Origin: Trypethelium eluteriae
Taxonomy: Eukaryota
Reading direction: 5' to 3'
Assembly: GCA_051942245.1 (NCBI GenBank)
Contig: JAVECL010000030.1
Location: 1 to 64,000, forward strand
Length of the DNA stretch: 64,000 nt
Shown: piece after piece, positions 46,838 to 59,366 of the stretch
Position numbering within the stretch: position 1 is the stretch's first letter
Layout of the letters: each line of letters opens with the position of its first letter
Program-made: the position numbers and the translations under genes
The notes under the pieces: generated by a model
Told to the model about the DNA's origin: nothing
Database searches by the model: none
Seen by the model: the letters and a program-made list of their open reading frames with translations, nothing else

Positions 46838-49800
46838 GGCGCGGGTTGGACTGGAGTGGTGTAGTGAATATGCAAATGTGGAATGCACATTAGTAGATAC
46901 TAGGGAATCAAGCAATATCGTAGAGATACCAGGTTCGACGACGCCATTACTATTGTATTAGGCAGTGTTCAGGCCGCCTTCGTGAACATCTATGTACGAT
47001 ACTTTGCAATGAAATTACAAGTGAGATATTCAATCAACTTAAGAGCAATTCTCCAGTACAGTACCTTGGTAGTATTTCCGCAGTTTTTAATGAATTGAAT
47101 ACGGCTATAGGGTTTTGCCCGAGAGGATCTATCACATAAGACGCGTAATAATCTCTATAGATACGACATGATATTGTCTTACCTTCTTTATAAGCCTCTT
47201 GTCAAAGAGTCCTAGCACAGAGAAATCCTAGGGTATGGTCCAGGGATGGGAAAGGCGCTGTGATGCTCCCTTCTGTCGTTCATGTAATTAGCCGGTCAAC
47301 ACTTGAAAAGCAGCCTTCCTTACAGGGAGATGTCACGGATTTTCACGTTTCAGTTGTGAGCCTCCAACGAGTTCAAGATAGGAAAGCGCAACCCAAGGAT
47401 GGATAGCTTGATTCGTCGCACAACAACAATACTATTCTGATCCATTGTACGGGAATAATCTTACCATATCACCGGGCCAACAGACTCATTCCTGATTCCT
47501 TAGCTAAATGACGAGTCAGTCGGACTGAACGTACCACTGTACCACCAGGGAGTTGGTACGGGGTACGACCAACGCTCGGAATGGGACCCGATCGTCGGCC
47601 GTAGAAAGCGATCAGGGTTCCAACAGGTCCGCGTGCTGTCAAGCCACACCTGTTATCTGACAGATGATCCTCCTGACTGATTGTCTCAGGGTCTCAGGGT
47701 TCAAGGGTCCTGGTGGAGATCTTGCTGGGTCACTTTGTCTTGATCCCTCTCTCCGGTTTGTTAAAAAGGGAATCAAGGTGGATCTTGTGTATGATGCTCA
47801 TTGATATATCGTTAGGATGGAAGGATGGGTAAGGGACAGTGTTTCGGTAGGTATCTTCGCATGCGCACGACAGTCGGATTCTGTAGATATGGTTTGACCA
47901 AGCACCATACAGCCTTGCTGTCGGAGTAGGCCGACCAATTGGCTGCCCATGGAAGCTATTCACTCTGCAGAGTTGGAGCATAAATATTTACCCAAAATAG
48001 AACGACCCGTTGTAAGGAAAGGGCAAAGCCGTCTGTACTTCTTGTTGGCGGAGCCGGCTGGTTTTTATGCAATGCGGAATTCCTTGCATGTCTTCGGTGC
48101 TGCTTTCATTTTTGGATCGAAGCAATGTTCCGTGCATGTTCGCAACATTATCCCGCAATCACTGGATCCCAGGTGCTTGGAAGCCCTTGCCGCTTTGGGT
48201 GATTGCTCGAAGGGCAACATGGGCAATTACAATGTCTAGACCTTACACCCTTAGTTCGTGAATAAAGCCTCAGACCTCTTCCTTCCGCGGAATTCTTTCT
48301 CTCATAAAGAATTTGAAATCTTGGCACGGAAATGAGAATGGGTCTTGATCATTCCAGCCACAAGATGAATGATGTCACAGGGGGCTCTTCAGGGTTGATT
48401 GCGGCCATGGTCGTGATCCACACAAGCGGTGCAAGCAGCGGATGAATGCCGGGCGCCACGTGTTTGGGCACGAGTTGCCAAGACTTCGTTTCCAGTGAAA
48501 CGGGTCGGTGGATGGACTGCAACACTGGTCGGTGGGTATCTAGCGGCTCAAGCGAAAATTCCATCTTGTCGAATCTGTTCCTATCCGTAATAGACACACT
48601 CATATTCTTTACGGTGCGATGATAGCAAAACCATACGAAGTACCGGTATCAGATGTTCGGTCAAGTCGCCACCTCGCGTTGCAGAGTTCCAGCCGGAATC
48701 CGTCCGTCATCCGTCGCCAACAGGCTGGTGTGGCCAAGCAGGATTTGTGGTTGTGCCGAGTCGCTGCCATTTGTTGTCATCTGGTGTGGGATGTGAAAGA
48801 TCGAAGATGAGAAGACGCGATCGGTCGATCTGGGGTTTTAGTACTGGTAAGCCCCGCAATTTACCCTGGTGATATTCTGATAGCACCCTGTTATCATCCC
48901 TGCCACCGGCCCGTTCGTCTGACCCAACAGGCAGGGCCCCGGTGGGCCCGTTTCAAGCCACAGCCTTGCCAAGACAAGAAGCTCGGGGGCTGAGAATTTT
49001 GTGCACCCTGACTGTTCCTGATTTTCATTGCTTCCGAGGTCCATCGGGGTCCAGGTCCCTCCAACAAAGGATGGAATGAGGCAGAAATGCCCCAAAAAGC
49101 ATTCTCCGTGAGCCAATGCAGTGTCCGCCAAGGGTCAATATCATCTATGAGAGCATCATTTGAATATACTTTGAGCCTTCAGCACGTGTCCCGGAATCTG
49201 ATAGGGCACTCGCCAGGGTCTGCATACAGCGTTGCTAAAATAAATACGGGCTCCTGAGGTACCGGGTATCGATACTCCAAGCGGTGCCAAGCACATTCGA
49301 GGAACACCGACTGACAGCGCTTAATCTCTACCTTATCTGGATAACTTAAAATCTGCTCAGACTTCAGTCGATTACACGCGGTCACATGAACGGAATCGAA
49401 AGCGCCGCCACGGAGAATTCTTTTCCTTACCGGCGAGCTGACAGCCACAACAGCCTTGAGAGTTGAAAGGCTGATCTGTCTTACTCATGCCAAGATTGCT
49501 CGCAATGCTCGCCTCATTGCGTCTCAGTTAACGAGCTTATTGATGGGCTTTGAGCCCAAGTCCCTGCATTTAACAGAAGCTCCCACTTAACGCGCGAGGG
49601 ATGCGGCGATTCACCACATCGGAGTTCCTTCAACCTAAAGAGGCTCTTATGAGGATGCAACATGGGATGCAGGTCAATTGTGATGTGTTACAAGGTTTAT
49701 GACAGGTGCGAACGACTTGGCAGATTTCGTTGCGCCTGCCGCCCATCCAAATACCCAAAGTAGGGATGTATCGTGACAGGCAGGGGGTGTGGCTAAAGTT

Positions 49801-51415
49801 TGGTATGCGGTCCATCTCCTGGACCAAGATGATGGAGTCCGTGACAGCGATTTTCCGAAATAATTAAACTCTACGATCCAATTGCTGGCGGATAGAGACG
49901 GATCGCATGACCGATAGCACAGAAGAGGGCCGGCAGTTGGAGGAGGGTTTTGCGGCGCCTAAAGGGGCAGCTTCCCAACCCAACTGACCGAGCCTGGCAG
50001 CAGTTCGCTGTGGCTTGTGGGAAGATGTGGAGGACCGATCGAGAATTTGACACATAATCGGTGAAAATTAGAGCTGGCCCGTGCAGGCGCCAACGGCTGC
50101 ATCCCTTCTGCACCCCTACTGCATCCCTGCGGCCGAGCAAAGTTGCGCAAGCACCAAACGCGTGCGTGGCATCGCTCGACGCAGGGTCTCAATGATGTAA
50201 CTCATGCCACAGTCAGAGCCTGCGAAGGTAAATGCGGTGAACAGAGCGGCGACAGGGTCGGCCTACCTCGATCATGCGCAACCTCTTGGGACGGGCCTTT
50301 TCGCGCGGAATCTTCTAGTCCGTCGCGTGTTCACTGTCCGATGGCCTGCAATCTTCACCTGTCGCAGGGCGAGTTGGGTCGGCTGGGCGGTCCTGTTGCA
50401 AACGCTTCCCTCCCCGGCGGAGGAGGTGTTGTGGACGTGTTGTGGACGTGCGTTGGCACTCTTGCTCTCGGGACGGGCGTGACGGGCACGCCGTACCTAA
50501 GTCACTGATGTAGTGGCAGCTGTGGCGTAGGTTGGTACGTACCTGAGCAAGTCGCCAGTACTTCCTACTTGGTGAGCTCGCACCCTCGTACTCTCTAAGC
50601 GAATCCCTGATCCTCCGTGCCTCTGAGGTGAGGGCGAACCCTGGTTGGCGGGGGGGCGCACGTCTTTCTTACAGCAAGGCCTAAAAGTGGTCGCAGTAGC
50701 AGTCATGACTACAGGATGAAGCAAAACGCCCAGCGCTTAGCCGGCAGATGAGTGGTAAAGGAAAGGATTTCTGGATAGCAGGGGAGCTCTGGTGCAGCTG
50801 TACGGAGTACTTAGCTGTAGGTAGAGGTATGATGAAAGAGGGGAAGCCAAGGAAAACAGGGCAGCGACGGGCAGGGCGGACCCTCACGGCAGGGATGGAA
50901 GCTTCCAAACCTAGGTAATAGGGACGCAGTAAGCTCCCTGGCCGCGCTACCTGATAACGGGACGCAGCATGGGTTGCAGACTTCGGTGCCGATCCTCGTC
51001 GTCTAATAATTAGCAGCATCAACGATCGAGAGATCCAAGGGATCAGAGTATGGCATTTTCACAAATTCGCATCCGACACTCCGTCCTCAGCGCCCTGTCC
51101 GTAGTCCCTCGCAGCCTCCCCTGACAACTCATATAGCCCAGCTCCCGCTTCCTGACCGACTGCCTCTCTATTGCTGCCCCCTCTGTTGCTCACCCATCGC
51201 ATCTCTCTCTGTTGTGGTGTTTCGCTGTGTCTGTCTTCGCGACAGCTGCCGCCACTGCTTACATACAACCCGCCCTCATTTGACCGTGCCCTTCGCCTGA
51301 CCGCATCGGTGAATTGTATTTGTGGGCTTTGACAGAAATTCTAGCAGCATTGGACTCCGAGAGAGACTGTGTGTGCGCCGCGCCGTTGAATAGCTCGTGC
51401 TCCGACATTGTTGAT

Positions 51416-52423
51416 ATGGAGGGTACGAATGCAAGTGGTCGCAGAGTGAGCCTGTTGAATGAATCAGGCGAAGCGCCCGCACCTTTCCGCCACAACTCAC
51501 AACCCACCCTTCACTCTCGCACCTCGAGCTATGTTTCTACGCCCGGCTTCCCGCCAACACCTTCATTAATCCGCAGCGATTCTTCGGACTCTCGCGTCTT
51601 ACAAACTCCATCTCCTCTGACCCCGGCTTCGCATTTTGAAAGCCAGTCCTCGGATCCGGTCTTCATTCCGACACACCCCGAACTCTCGCCTAAATCAACC
51701 ATGGCCTCAACCTACATGGAACCCTCGAAGGAACAGCTGGCTTATCCCATTCTCGCTCAGCATGCCTCTCAAGGCTATCCGCTTCCCATGCCGCAGGCTC
51801 AGCCGCAACCACTTCCGCAGTCGCAACCGCAACCGCAAATGCAGCCGCAGCCTCAGCTCTTCCGCCCTTCCATGTCGCCCCCTCAGGAACCCTCTCAACC
51901 ACAACCTCGTGTCCAATCATCGACTTCTTCATCAAAGCCGACGCCTAAGAAAAATCAATATCCATGTCCGATGGCCAAACAATACGGATGCACCGACTTC
52001 TTCACTACCTCAGGCCACGCTGCACGGCACGCCAAGAAACACACAGGCAAAAAGGATGCATTCTGCCCCGAATGTAACAAGGCATTCACGCGCAAGGATA
52101 ATATGGAGCAACACCGAAGAACCCACCAACATGGCCGCGGTGCTGTAGCTGGCGAGTCACGAGCGAAGAAGACCAAGGCCCAAATGCGGAGAACCAAATC
52201 GAGCTCGATTGTCGACGCTCCTATTCCCCCTCAGCAAGCACCTATGGCTCCTATGCACATGTCGCGACCCCAGCTCCACCGAGCGACGTATATGGATGCC
52301 GTCAACTTCCAAGCACCCTTAAGCGCTGGTGGCGATTACAGTCCTCTGACGCCTTCAATATCGCATGGGCTCGATACGCTAGCCATTGCTGCCAGCGGCC
52401 AACAGCGCGACATCGAAGCCTGA
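51416..52423 (+). CDS. C2H2 zinc-finger transcription factor, Nrg1/CSP-1-like
   Basis: YPCPMAKQYGCTDFFTTSGHAARHAKKH-TGKK-AFCPECNKAFTRKDNMEQHRRTH; N-terminal RVSLLN; PQ-rich linker; ~4.5-kb gene-free upstream region. Confidence 0.9.
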   Translation: MEGTNASGRRVSLLNESGEAPAPFRHNSQPTLHSRTSSYVSTPGFPPTPSLIRSDSSDSRVLQTPSPLTPASHFESQSSDPVFIPTHPELSPKSTMASTYMEPSKEQLAYPILAQHASQGYPLPMPQAQPQPLPQSQPQPQMQPQPQLFRPSMSPPQEPSQPQPRVQSSTSSSKPTPKKNQYPCPMAKQYGCTDFFTTSGHAARHAKKHTGKKDAFCPECNKAFTRKDNMEQHRRTHQHGRGAVAGESRAKKTKAQMRRTKSSSIVDAPIPPQQAPMAPMHMSRPQLHRATYMDAVNFQAPLSAGGDYSPLTPSISHGLDTLAIAASGQQRDIEA

Positions 52424-54274
52424 TTTTTCCTTTTAATTGTTCTACTCCATTACGTCTGCTCCATCGGCAGACTTATCTGATACCCTGCTGGGCCTACGAG
52501 GGTCCGTGAACGGCCTCGACTACCGAGATCCATGCAATAGACGCATGCCGTCGTGGCTATGAAATGAATGGTGTTTTCGCGGTTTATTATCGAAAAGAGC
52601 ATACGAGTTTTTTTTTTGAGTTTCATGTGTATAGGAGACTTCAGTCCCATTTGTTGTTATGTACACAAGCAGGAGGACTTCTATCGCCCTGGCGACAATG
52701 ATATGAGATCTGATAGAATGACTGCTTTTCGGAGTGGCGTGCTTGGCTTTTGCGCCTCCCTGCCTTGTTTTCGCTTCAATGCTCAGGCCGCGCCTGGCTC
52801 GTAATACTTGGCAAGGAGAGAAGCTTGGCGATGATACCCTTGAAGAAGGCATGGGACGAAGCTAGAGTGTGTGATACCTATTTGCTCTCCGACGTTCTGT
52901 AGCTCATGTAGCTAAACGAAAGCAACGATTTTGAATCAACCTTATTCACAATTACGTATCTTAATCGCGCCTCTGGGATAATGCGTGCTCAATCTATCAG
53001 AGACATTTGCCTTCCCCACTTATTGGTCCCATTCGAATTTGTTAGCCTTAATCATATTTTGGGGTCAAAGAAATCTCAAAGCAAGTATGCATATGCGTCG
53101 AAGAAGCAAGGAGTTCGCGACTACCCGAAACAAGGCACGATGGAGTTGCACGCATAGCAATGCTTTGACTGGCACAAGACACATAGGGGCGTTGCTCCTC
53201 ATGTGGCTCCTCTAACCAATTCATAAAACCTTGAGGGCCAGAGCGGATATTCGGCTCGCATCCTCTCTTAGGACCATTGTCAGAGTAATCCTTTTCCAGC
53301 TGCATTTACCTAATTCACCCGCCTCATCCCAGGTCCAGCCATGCACTGCCTATCCCCCCCTCTTTGCCCTGCTCCAGAGGTCGCCAGTCTGAGTTCAACG
53401 AGTCACCGAGTCGTCACCCCGAAACCTTCCCCACCCTTGGCGCACAATCAGACAAACCGAATCTGCAAGCCCAGTCTTCATTGCCTTCACTGCCAACAAA
53501 CAGTGTTCCGGTCGGTTCTCGACGGGGAGCCGGACACCCTACCTAAGACCCTGTTACCTAGAACGCGAACCCTGCATTCGCCCTTGAAGTGGCAATCTTT
53601 TCTGTGGATACTTCAGGGTCCAAGCCAACTCAGACCTAGTCACCTAGCGGTGCAGGGCAAGCGCATCGTTCTGTCTATCTCTTGGCTCGTTACCAAATTC
53701 GAAGTTTCATGCTTATTCGGCCCGTCCGCCGTCGATGGCTCACTCATGCATACGCTAGAAGAAGCGTTGATGAACCTTGTGGAGAGTGGCACTGGTGACA
53801 GAGACACAGGAAAGTCAAGATGGGTGGTTAGAGGAGGAAGAGACCCCTTTCGTCTTTGCTTACCTAGCCGATCTTGTGTCTACATATTTCACTGATATAG
53901 GTAAGTGGGACTGTTGTCGTCAGTTATGGTAATATTAATGCAGAAGACGGCAACTCCAAGCGCCAAGTGTGAAAAGTCTGATGTAACTCGTTTTCAACAT
54001 TAGCTCACTGGCCCATCACCTCTAAATTTCTCAATATGCCCGGTTCCAAGTCTTGAAGAGGCCTGGTCGAGTCAAATGGGTCATCATGATCGCCTGCATG
54101 ATGGAATGCCTCTCAATTGACTTCCCTTGCTGCCCTTTGATGCCTTTAACACAGAAGGAGCCTATCTTCCGCTGAATTGATGGTTCTTGATGTATGGCTG
54201 TATCTGGGTTTTGAAGCTAAGTGCAGGAAACCTCAGGTGCGCTACACCTGGTTTGAATGGGCTCAGGTTTATCT

Positions 54275-55564
54275 TCAGTATCCTCCACGCCTCTCCCACT
54301 CCATATACCTCTGCAACTCTCGTTTCTTTCTGTCCTCTTGTGGCCATATGCAGCTCTTCTTCAAGTCTCGCCCTTGGCATTTGCAAGGTCTCTCCTCACA
54401 GTCCGTTTCGACGTTCTCTCGTTGGCTTTTGAGCGCCTTGATTCGCTGCTCTAATTTCTGCTGAAACGTCTTCTGCTCATCAGTCTCCGCGTCACAGATC
54501 ACCAGCTGAAAACGGCCAGGAATTTTTGCGATTCTCTCCAAGAACTCCACCGGCCCTCTTCCGTCATCTTCGTACTTCGTATTTGGCATCACGTTTCGCC
54601 AAGACTCCTTATAATGGGATTCTCGCTTGACTGGGTCGAGCATGATGTCGTCCAGAGGACCCCTCCAAGGGATGATGCGCCAGAAAGCTGCGTCGACGAC
54701 CAATTTTATCTCGGGCTGCAGGCATTGGTGCACGAGAAGTTTGCACAATCGTCTCCATGGGTCTCTTCTCGAGTGCATTAAGATCTCCGAGTCATAAGGA
54801 AAATCTATGCGCCTTGGCCGGAACCAATAGCGTAAGACGAACTTGTCGAGCAGCCTACGATTCGCCCACCGATCGTGCAAGAACGCGAGTGCAGATTCAG
54901 CCGTTCCTACGAAGGTTATTTCTTGATAAATGCCTTCCTTCATTATCTTGTAAAGGCCAGAGCATGTTTGCCAGAGATTGAGCGTTCCTGGTGTGAAGGT
55001 GGAACCTGGTGCTTCGACTTGATAAGTTGTAGTCCTTTGGCTCCCATCTTCCATCCACACCTCATATTGCGTTCTCTTGACCGATGTGTCAGGGACCTCG
55101 TCTGGCGGATAATCGCGCACGACGAGCGGTGCGAAGGGCCGATCACCCGCAATGTAGTAGCAAATTCTCTCTCGAATATTTGGCGGGAGAAGTAGGAATT
55201 GAAAGCCACCGAAGAGTGCTCGGCAGCTTGCCGGGCAACCTCCGTAGATCTCGATAAGCGATGTTAAGCAGGCTCGCACCACTGGATAGATTTTTCCACG
55301 ACGCTTCTCGTCCCAAAAGTGTCCATCTCCAAGGTCTTGTTGGATGATACAGAGGATACGGGATGATGACAATGTCGTTATTTTAGGGCTCCCGTAGCCG
55401 TCGAAGAAACGATTAGTCCGAGAGATGATGATCTGTTTCAATTTTTGGAAAAAGGCTTCGACCTTATCCGGCTCGACGCGCTTCGACTCGCATTGATTTA
55501 TATTAAGTTTTCCAGCTTCGGAACTTATTTCAACCCAATTGAATGGAGTTTCTGGAATGACCAT
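54275..55564 (-). CDS. Hypothetical protein (429 aa) with F-box-like LLPPNIRERI segment and C-terminal CxCx8CxW; paralog of the 40357 locus
   Basis: Long ATG-initiated ORF; motif-by-motif similarity to 40357-41664. Confidence 0.7.
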   Translation of the reverse strand: MVIPETPFNWVEISSEAGKLNINQCESKRVEPDKVEAFFQKLKQIIISRTNRFFDGYGSPKITTLSSSRILCIIQQDLGDGHFWDEKRRGKIYPVVRACLTSLIEIYGGCPASCRALFGGFQFLLLPPNIRERICYYIAGDRPFAPLVVRDYPPDEVPDTSVKRTQYEVWMEDGSQRTTTYQVEAPGSTFTPGTLNLWQTCSGLYKIMKEGIYQEITFVGTAESALAFLHDRWANRRLLDKFVLRYWFRPRRIDFPYDSEILMHSRRDPWRRLCKLLVHQCLQPEIKLVVDAAFWRIIPWRGPLDDIMLDPVKRESHYKESWRNVMPNTKYEDDGRGPVEFLERIAKIPGRFQLVICDAETDEQKTFQQKLEQRIKALKSQRENVETDCEERPCKCQGRDLKKSCIWPQEDRKKRELQRYMEWERRGGY

Positions 55565-57342
55565 CTTCTGGACTAGAAGCGGTCGGAAATAATCAGTCTA
55601 TCAGTCAATGCCTTCTCAGGGAGCTACGCTTAGGGTCTATACGCCTTGTGAAAAGCGAAACGTTGCGTAGAGTGTGTGAGGTCTTCGAGCAGGTATGGAT
55701 AAGAGTAAAGGAGATACTCGTTAGTAGTCGACTAGTGAGGCACTCTCACTTGGATGACCATGATAAGGTCGAGTTTTACTAGAAATCAAAAGCACTCGAA
55801 AGAGCGGGCAAATGGCTTTGTAGAAGTGGACACAGTTCTCACTCATGTGATTTAGTATACTTACCTGCTTTTAAATGGTTACAGTGAGCTACTTTACTTA
55901 CAGAAGTGAAGACATAGATGGAGCTCAGAGACCTATACAGCGTGATTGATCTAAGGGTCCGCGCAGAATGGGATCTAGCTTTTCGTGCAACTTCTATGAG
56001 CTCCACTGTTACTGCTAGATGCTGGGCAAAGACGATCCACATTCCTACGTGCTTGATTTTGATGCTGTCTTCACGTATCTTCATCGCTTCCGCTGTCTTT
56101 CAATATCCAAATTTCACCTTTAATTTGTTTAACCTTGCCTTGGTAGATTCCAGCCGTTCTCCCTTTGCCTGGTAGAGGGCTCCGCTGGTCGCTAAATACA
56201 TCAAGCCCAGTCCTACGAGTTTAGTGATCTCGTTGAAACTTTCTCGCGAAGGCTCTTCTTTGTATGCTAATAACAATGTTTACAAGAGCAGGGCCGGATT
56301 CGTAGAATAATCACACCATGTTTTTGTCGTCAATCAGCTGCCCACAGTCTTGAGAAGTCAGTCATAGTCCTCAAAGGCTTTCCATATTTCGGATAGATAC
56401 CTCTTGTCTCTCCAGTTCTAGGATCACAGCCTTAACTTCAACCCCCTTCAAGAACAATTCCTATCGACCGTTACTAGGATGAACGGAATCATCACCGCAA
56501 CAAAACTTAAAAGAAGAGCTGAAAATGCATCTTCGCACTATTAGAGGAGATAATGAAGATATTTCCTTATATCCTAACATTTTTAGCGCTCTCACTCTTT
56601 AAGTGTTTCAGTTGTAGCGAGACTTCCTGAGTAGGAAAAGTAGCTGCTTACGGCTTTAAAAGGATCGCTAAGTTGCTTCTCCTCTTTGGAGTCGTCGATT
56701 ATCTTCACCATTTATCCGGGCAGTGTCATGGTTCTGGATAGAAGGCCCTTGGTGGAGCAGGGAGTAGGGAGTAAAGTCATGGAATGAGCACAGTCACGTG
56801 CATGCGAAGGACTTAGCAGTATGGAGTATGCACGATGTAGATTTAGAAACCTTGATGCATATATTTTCGTTCATAACAATATGAAGCTATTCAGCTTCGT
56901 ATGGGTCCATGGAAAATATTTTCTGAAGAACTTTGAATCCAAACGACTCTGTTCGAAAGCTTGAGCTGGTCTCGTTGGCTGGAAGCCGCATCTTGCGAAT
57001 TAATTCGGCATAATTTGTGACATCATGTAGAGAGTATGATTATGTGGCCGCAGGGGATGCTTACGCAGTCCGCAGGCATTGCATAGAGTCCCAGGACCAC
57101 CTGGGCCGTGACGCCATTCTGGTTTATTTGTAAAAATGGAGGTATTCTCCCTAACTTTGGTACAAAAAAGTATTGAGCGGCCCCCATTAAGTTTTCATTG
57201 GTCTTATCAATATCTCGATAGAGACCGAGATGCTATGAAATGATGTATTAGATTATATACAATCGTTATACTTTCTGCGATGGTACACAGCCGGGGTCAC
57301 CCCCAATCCATCAAGGCAGTGAAAGTCTCCAACAGCAGATTT

Positions 57343-59109
57343 CTATTCAGTTGGTAGATTTTCTAGGATCGCGTACCGATTGCCACTCCGGCTCACGGTC
57401 CGCTTCACGTTCCCAACTGGCTCGAGGGCAAGCCCATTGGCCTTCGTGCCCCCTTTCCCCACCGAACCATTCTTCCGGAGAGACCTTTTTGGCGCTCTCC
57501 TCTTCTCGGACAGTCGAAACCGTCTCGTTCTCATGCCCGAGGGCATTGACACATGGGGTGATCCCCTTGTGGCTACCTTCGCCACTCGGCCAGTGATAGT
57601 TCGTCGTAGGGAGATGCCCTTGGCTTCGTGGCTGCTTGCCTTCACAATATTGCCACTCAGAAGCCTCCTCAGGGGCGCAGTGAGGCTTTCCACAGTCTCA
57701 TCCACGATCTCGGCCTTTGCCTCGTCCTCCCACATCGTCATATCCAAGGCACATAAGCTGACGGATCTTGCTCCAGTCCTTGGGATGAAGAAAACGGCCG
57801 GGTCGGAAGGATCCGCACTATCCCAAGTGCTTGCTTGTTGTATCCGTGTAATATACTCCATTGGGATCGTCCAGTGAATATCTCCTTGAGGGTCATCTTC
57901 ATCGTGGGGTGGCCAATCATAGGTTGCCAGCCCATAGGCGCAATCGATTCTGGCGGAGATGGGATGGATTCGGCCGCCAAAGACCTTGCACTCGAATGCG
58001 CAGCCGGACTCTGCCCATTGGTTTCTATAGAAGAACACTTCGCCCAGGCGCATGGGGAAATTGTGTGCCAGTTCGAAGAAATGAGCAATCTCGTGGGTGA
58101 TATTGACGGCAAGAAAGAAGTTGAAACGTAGGACCATAGCTGGGTCAACGTTACGCTTGTCTAGAGTACTGATTCGTTTCGCAGTCGTGTAGAAATCAGT
58201 ATGAAGGCAAATTCGGGTCTTTTGCGTCCTGTAAGAGCCGTTATCGGCTGGGAGAGGATTTTTGTAATCCCGTACAACAGCACACAGACCGTACGTGTAG
58301 GAGGGCGTAATGGTCGGAGCTTGGAGTAAGTCGAAATGGAAATGTATCTGTTTTGATAACGTCTTGAAGTATGTCATTAGGTAGTCCGCATGGGCCTTGT
58401 CCCATTGTATGTCTTCTGCGATGCGCATGCATTCAATTCCATGCTGTTCAGTAGTCCGCCTGCATGACTCCCGCTTTCCGTAAGCGAGCGTGTGCCAGAA
58501 GGTAGATGAGGCGCGATGTGTAAGCAACAGCGAACTGAGCCGCAATGCTGGCTTGATTTGTTCGTAAACATCCAATGCACAGTCGTGGAAGTTCTCCCAC
58601 CTAAACAAAGGAATTATCTCGTTTTCTAGTGTCGATACGTCTGGAGGAGCATCCGGTGGGAGATTGATTGCATGCTTTCTAATGACCTGAACAGGATCAA
58701 AGCCATGTTGGAGCTTCTTTTTCTTCGATATTAAGCCGGTCAGCCCTTTTTTTATCCTTTGTTCTTCATACGTTTTTCCACGTGCTATAAGATCTTGATA
58801 CGCCTGTGAATCAACATGCATCTGCATGCTGTAGTCTGGTGGGACATATCTAGTCGACTTTTGTGAGCTTGTTGCAGAATCGTAAAGTTGGGTTTCATGA
58901 AGGTGGTGCATCAATTGCTCGACGTCAGCATCCAAAAGGTGGCCAACAGGAGCTTTGAATGTTGTACCAAGTACATCGCCTGCTTCTTGGGATTTGAGCT
59001 CGCCTGGTGTAGGTGACCTACTCGAATCATTGCTATCAGAGTCGCCAATCTGTCCGGGCGAGGGTCGCACATTCGGGGGGCGCGTATCTGTCCTGGTTGT
59101 CGGACTCAT
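57343..59109 (-). CDS. Hypothetical protein with HExxH zinc-binding motif (zincin-like)
   Basis: 588-aa intronless ORF; FFLAVNITHEIAH followed by AESGCAFECKVFGG. Confidence 0.8.
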   Translation of the reverse strand: MSPTTRTDTRPPNVRPSPGQIGDSDSNDSSRSPTPGELKSQEAGDVLGTTFKAPVGHLLDADVEQLMHHLHETQLYDSATSSQKSTRYVPPDYSMQMHVDSQAYQDLIARGKTYEEQRIKKGLTGLISKKKKLQHGFDPVQVIRKHAINLPPDAPPDVSTLENEIIPLFRWENFHDCALDVYEQIKPALRLSSLLLTHRASSTFWHTLAYGKRESCRRTTEQHGIECMRIAEDIQWDKAHADYLMTYFKTLSKQIHFHFDLLQAPTITPSYTYGLCAVVRDYKNPLPADNGSYRTQKTRICLHTDFYTTAKRISTLDKRNVDPAMVLRFNFFLAVNITHEIAHFFELAHNFPMRLGEVFFYRNQWAESGCAFECKVFGGRIHPISARIDCAYGLATYDWPPHDEDDPQGDIHWTIPMEYITRIQQASTWDSADPSDPAVFFIPRTGARSVSLCALDMTMWEDEAKAEIVDETVESLTAPLRRLLSGNIVKASSHEAKGISLRRTITGRVAKVATRGSPHVSMPSGMRTRRFRLSEKRRAPKRSLRKNGSVGKGGTKANGLALEPVGNVKRTVSRSGNRYAILENLPTE

Positions 59110-59366
59110 TTTCTAATTCTAGACAGAAGCTTGAATGACATCGATAGTGATCTTAAAGATGTTTTATTGGTACGTGGGGTCAATATAAACAAAGGCAGAC
59201 AGAGCATCTGTAAGGTTGTTGATGTGAATCACGGTTTTGAGAGCAAAACGCGGTGTCATCATGCGAAATCACAACGCGATCCGGTCCAAATGCAGTGTTA
59301 GGCTCTACAGCCTAGAAGGAGTGTTCGAAAGAGTCAGGGACATACAGTGTTACACTGAGACAGCAT

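Noticed and set aside
53341..53895. 184-aa plus-strand ORF
   Set aside because: No recognisable motifs or coding-like composition; cannot be supported.
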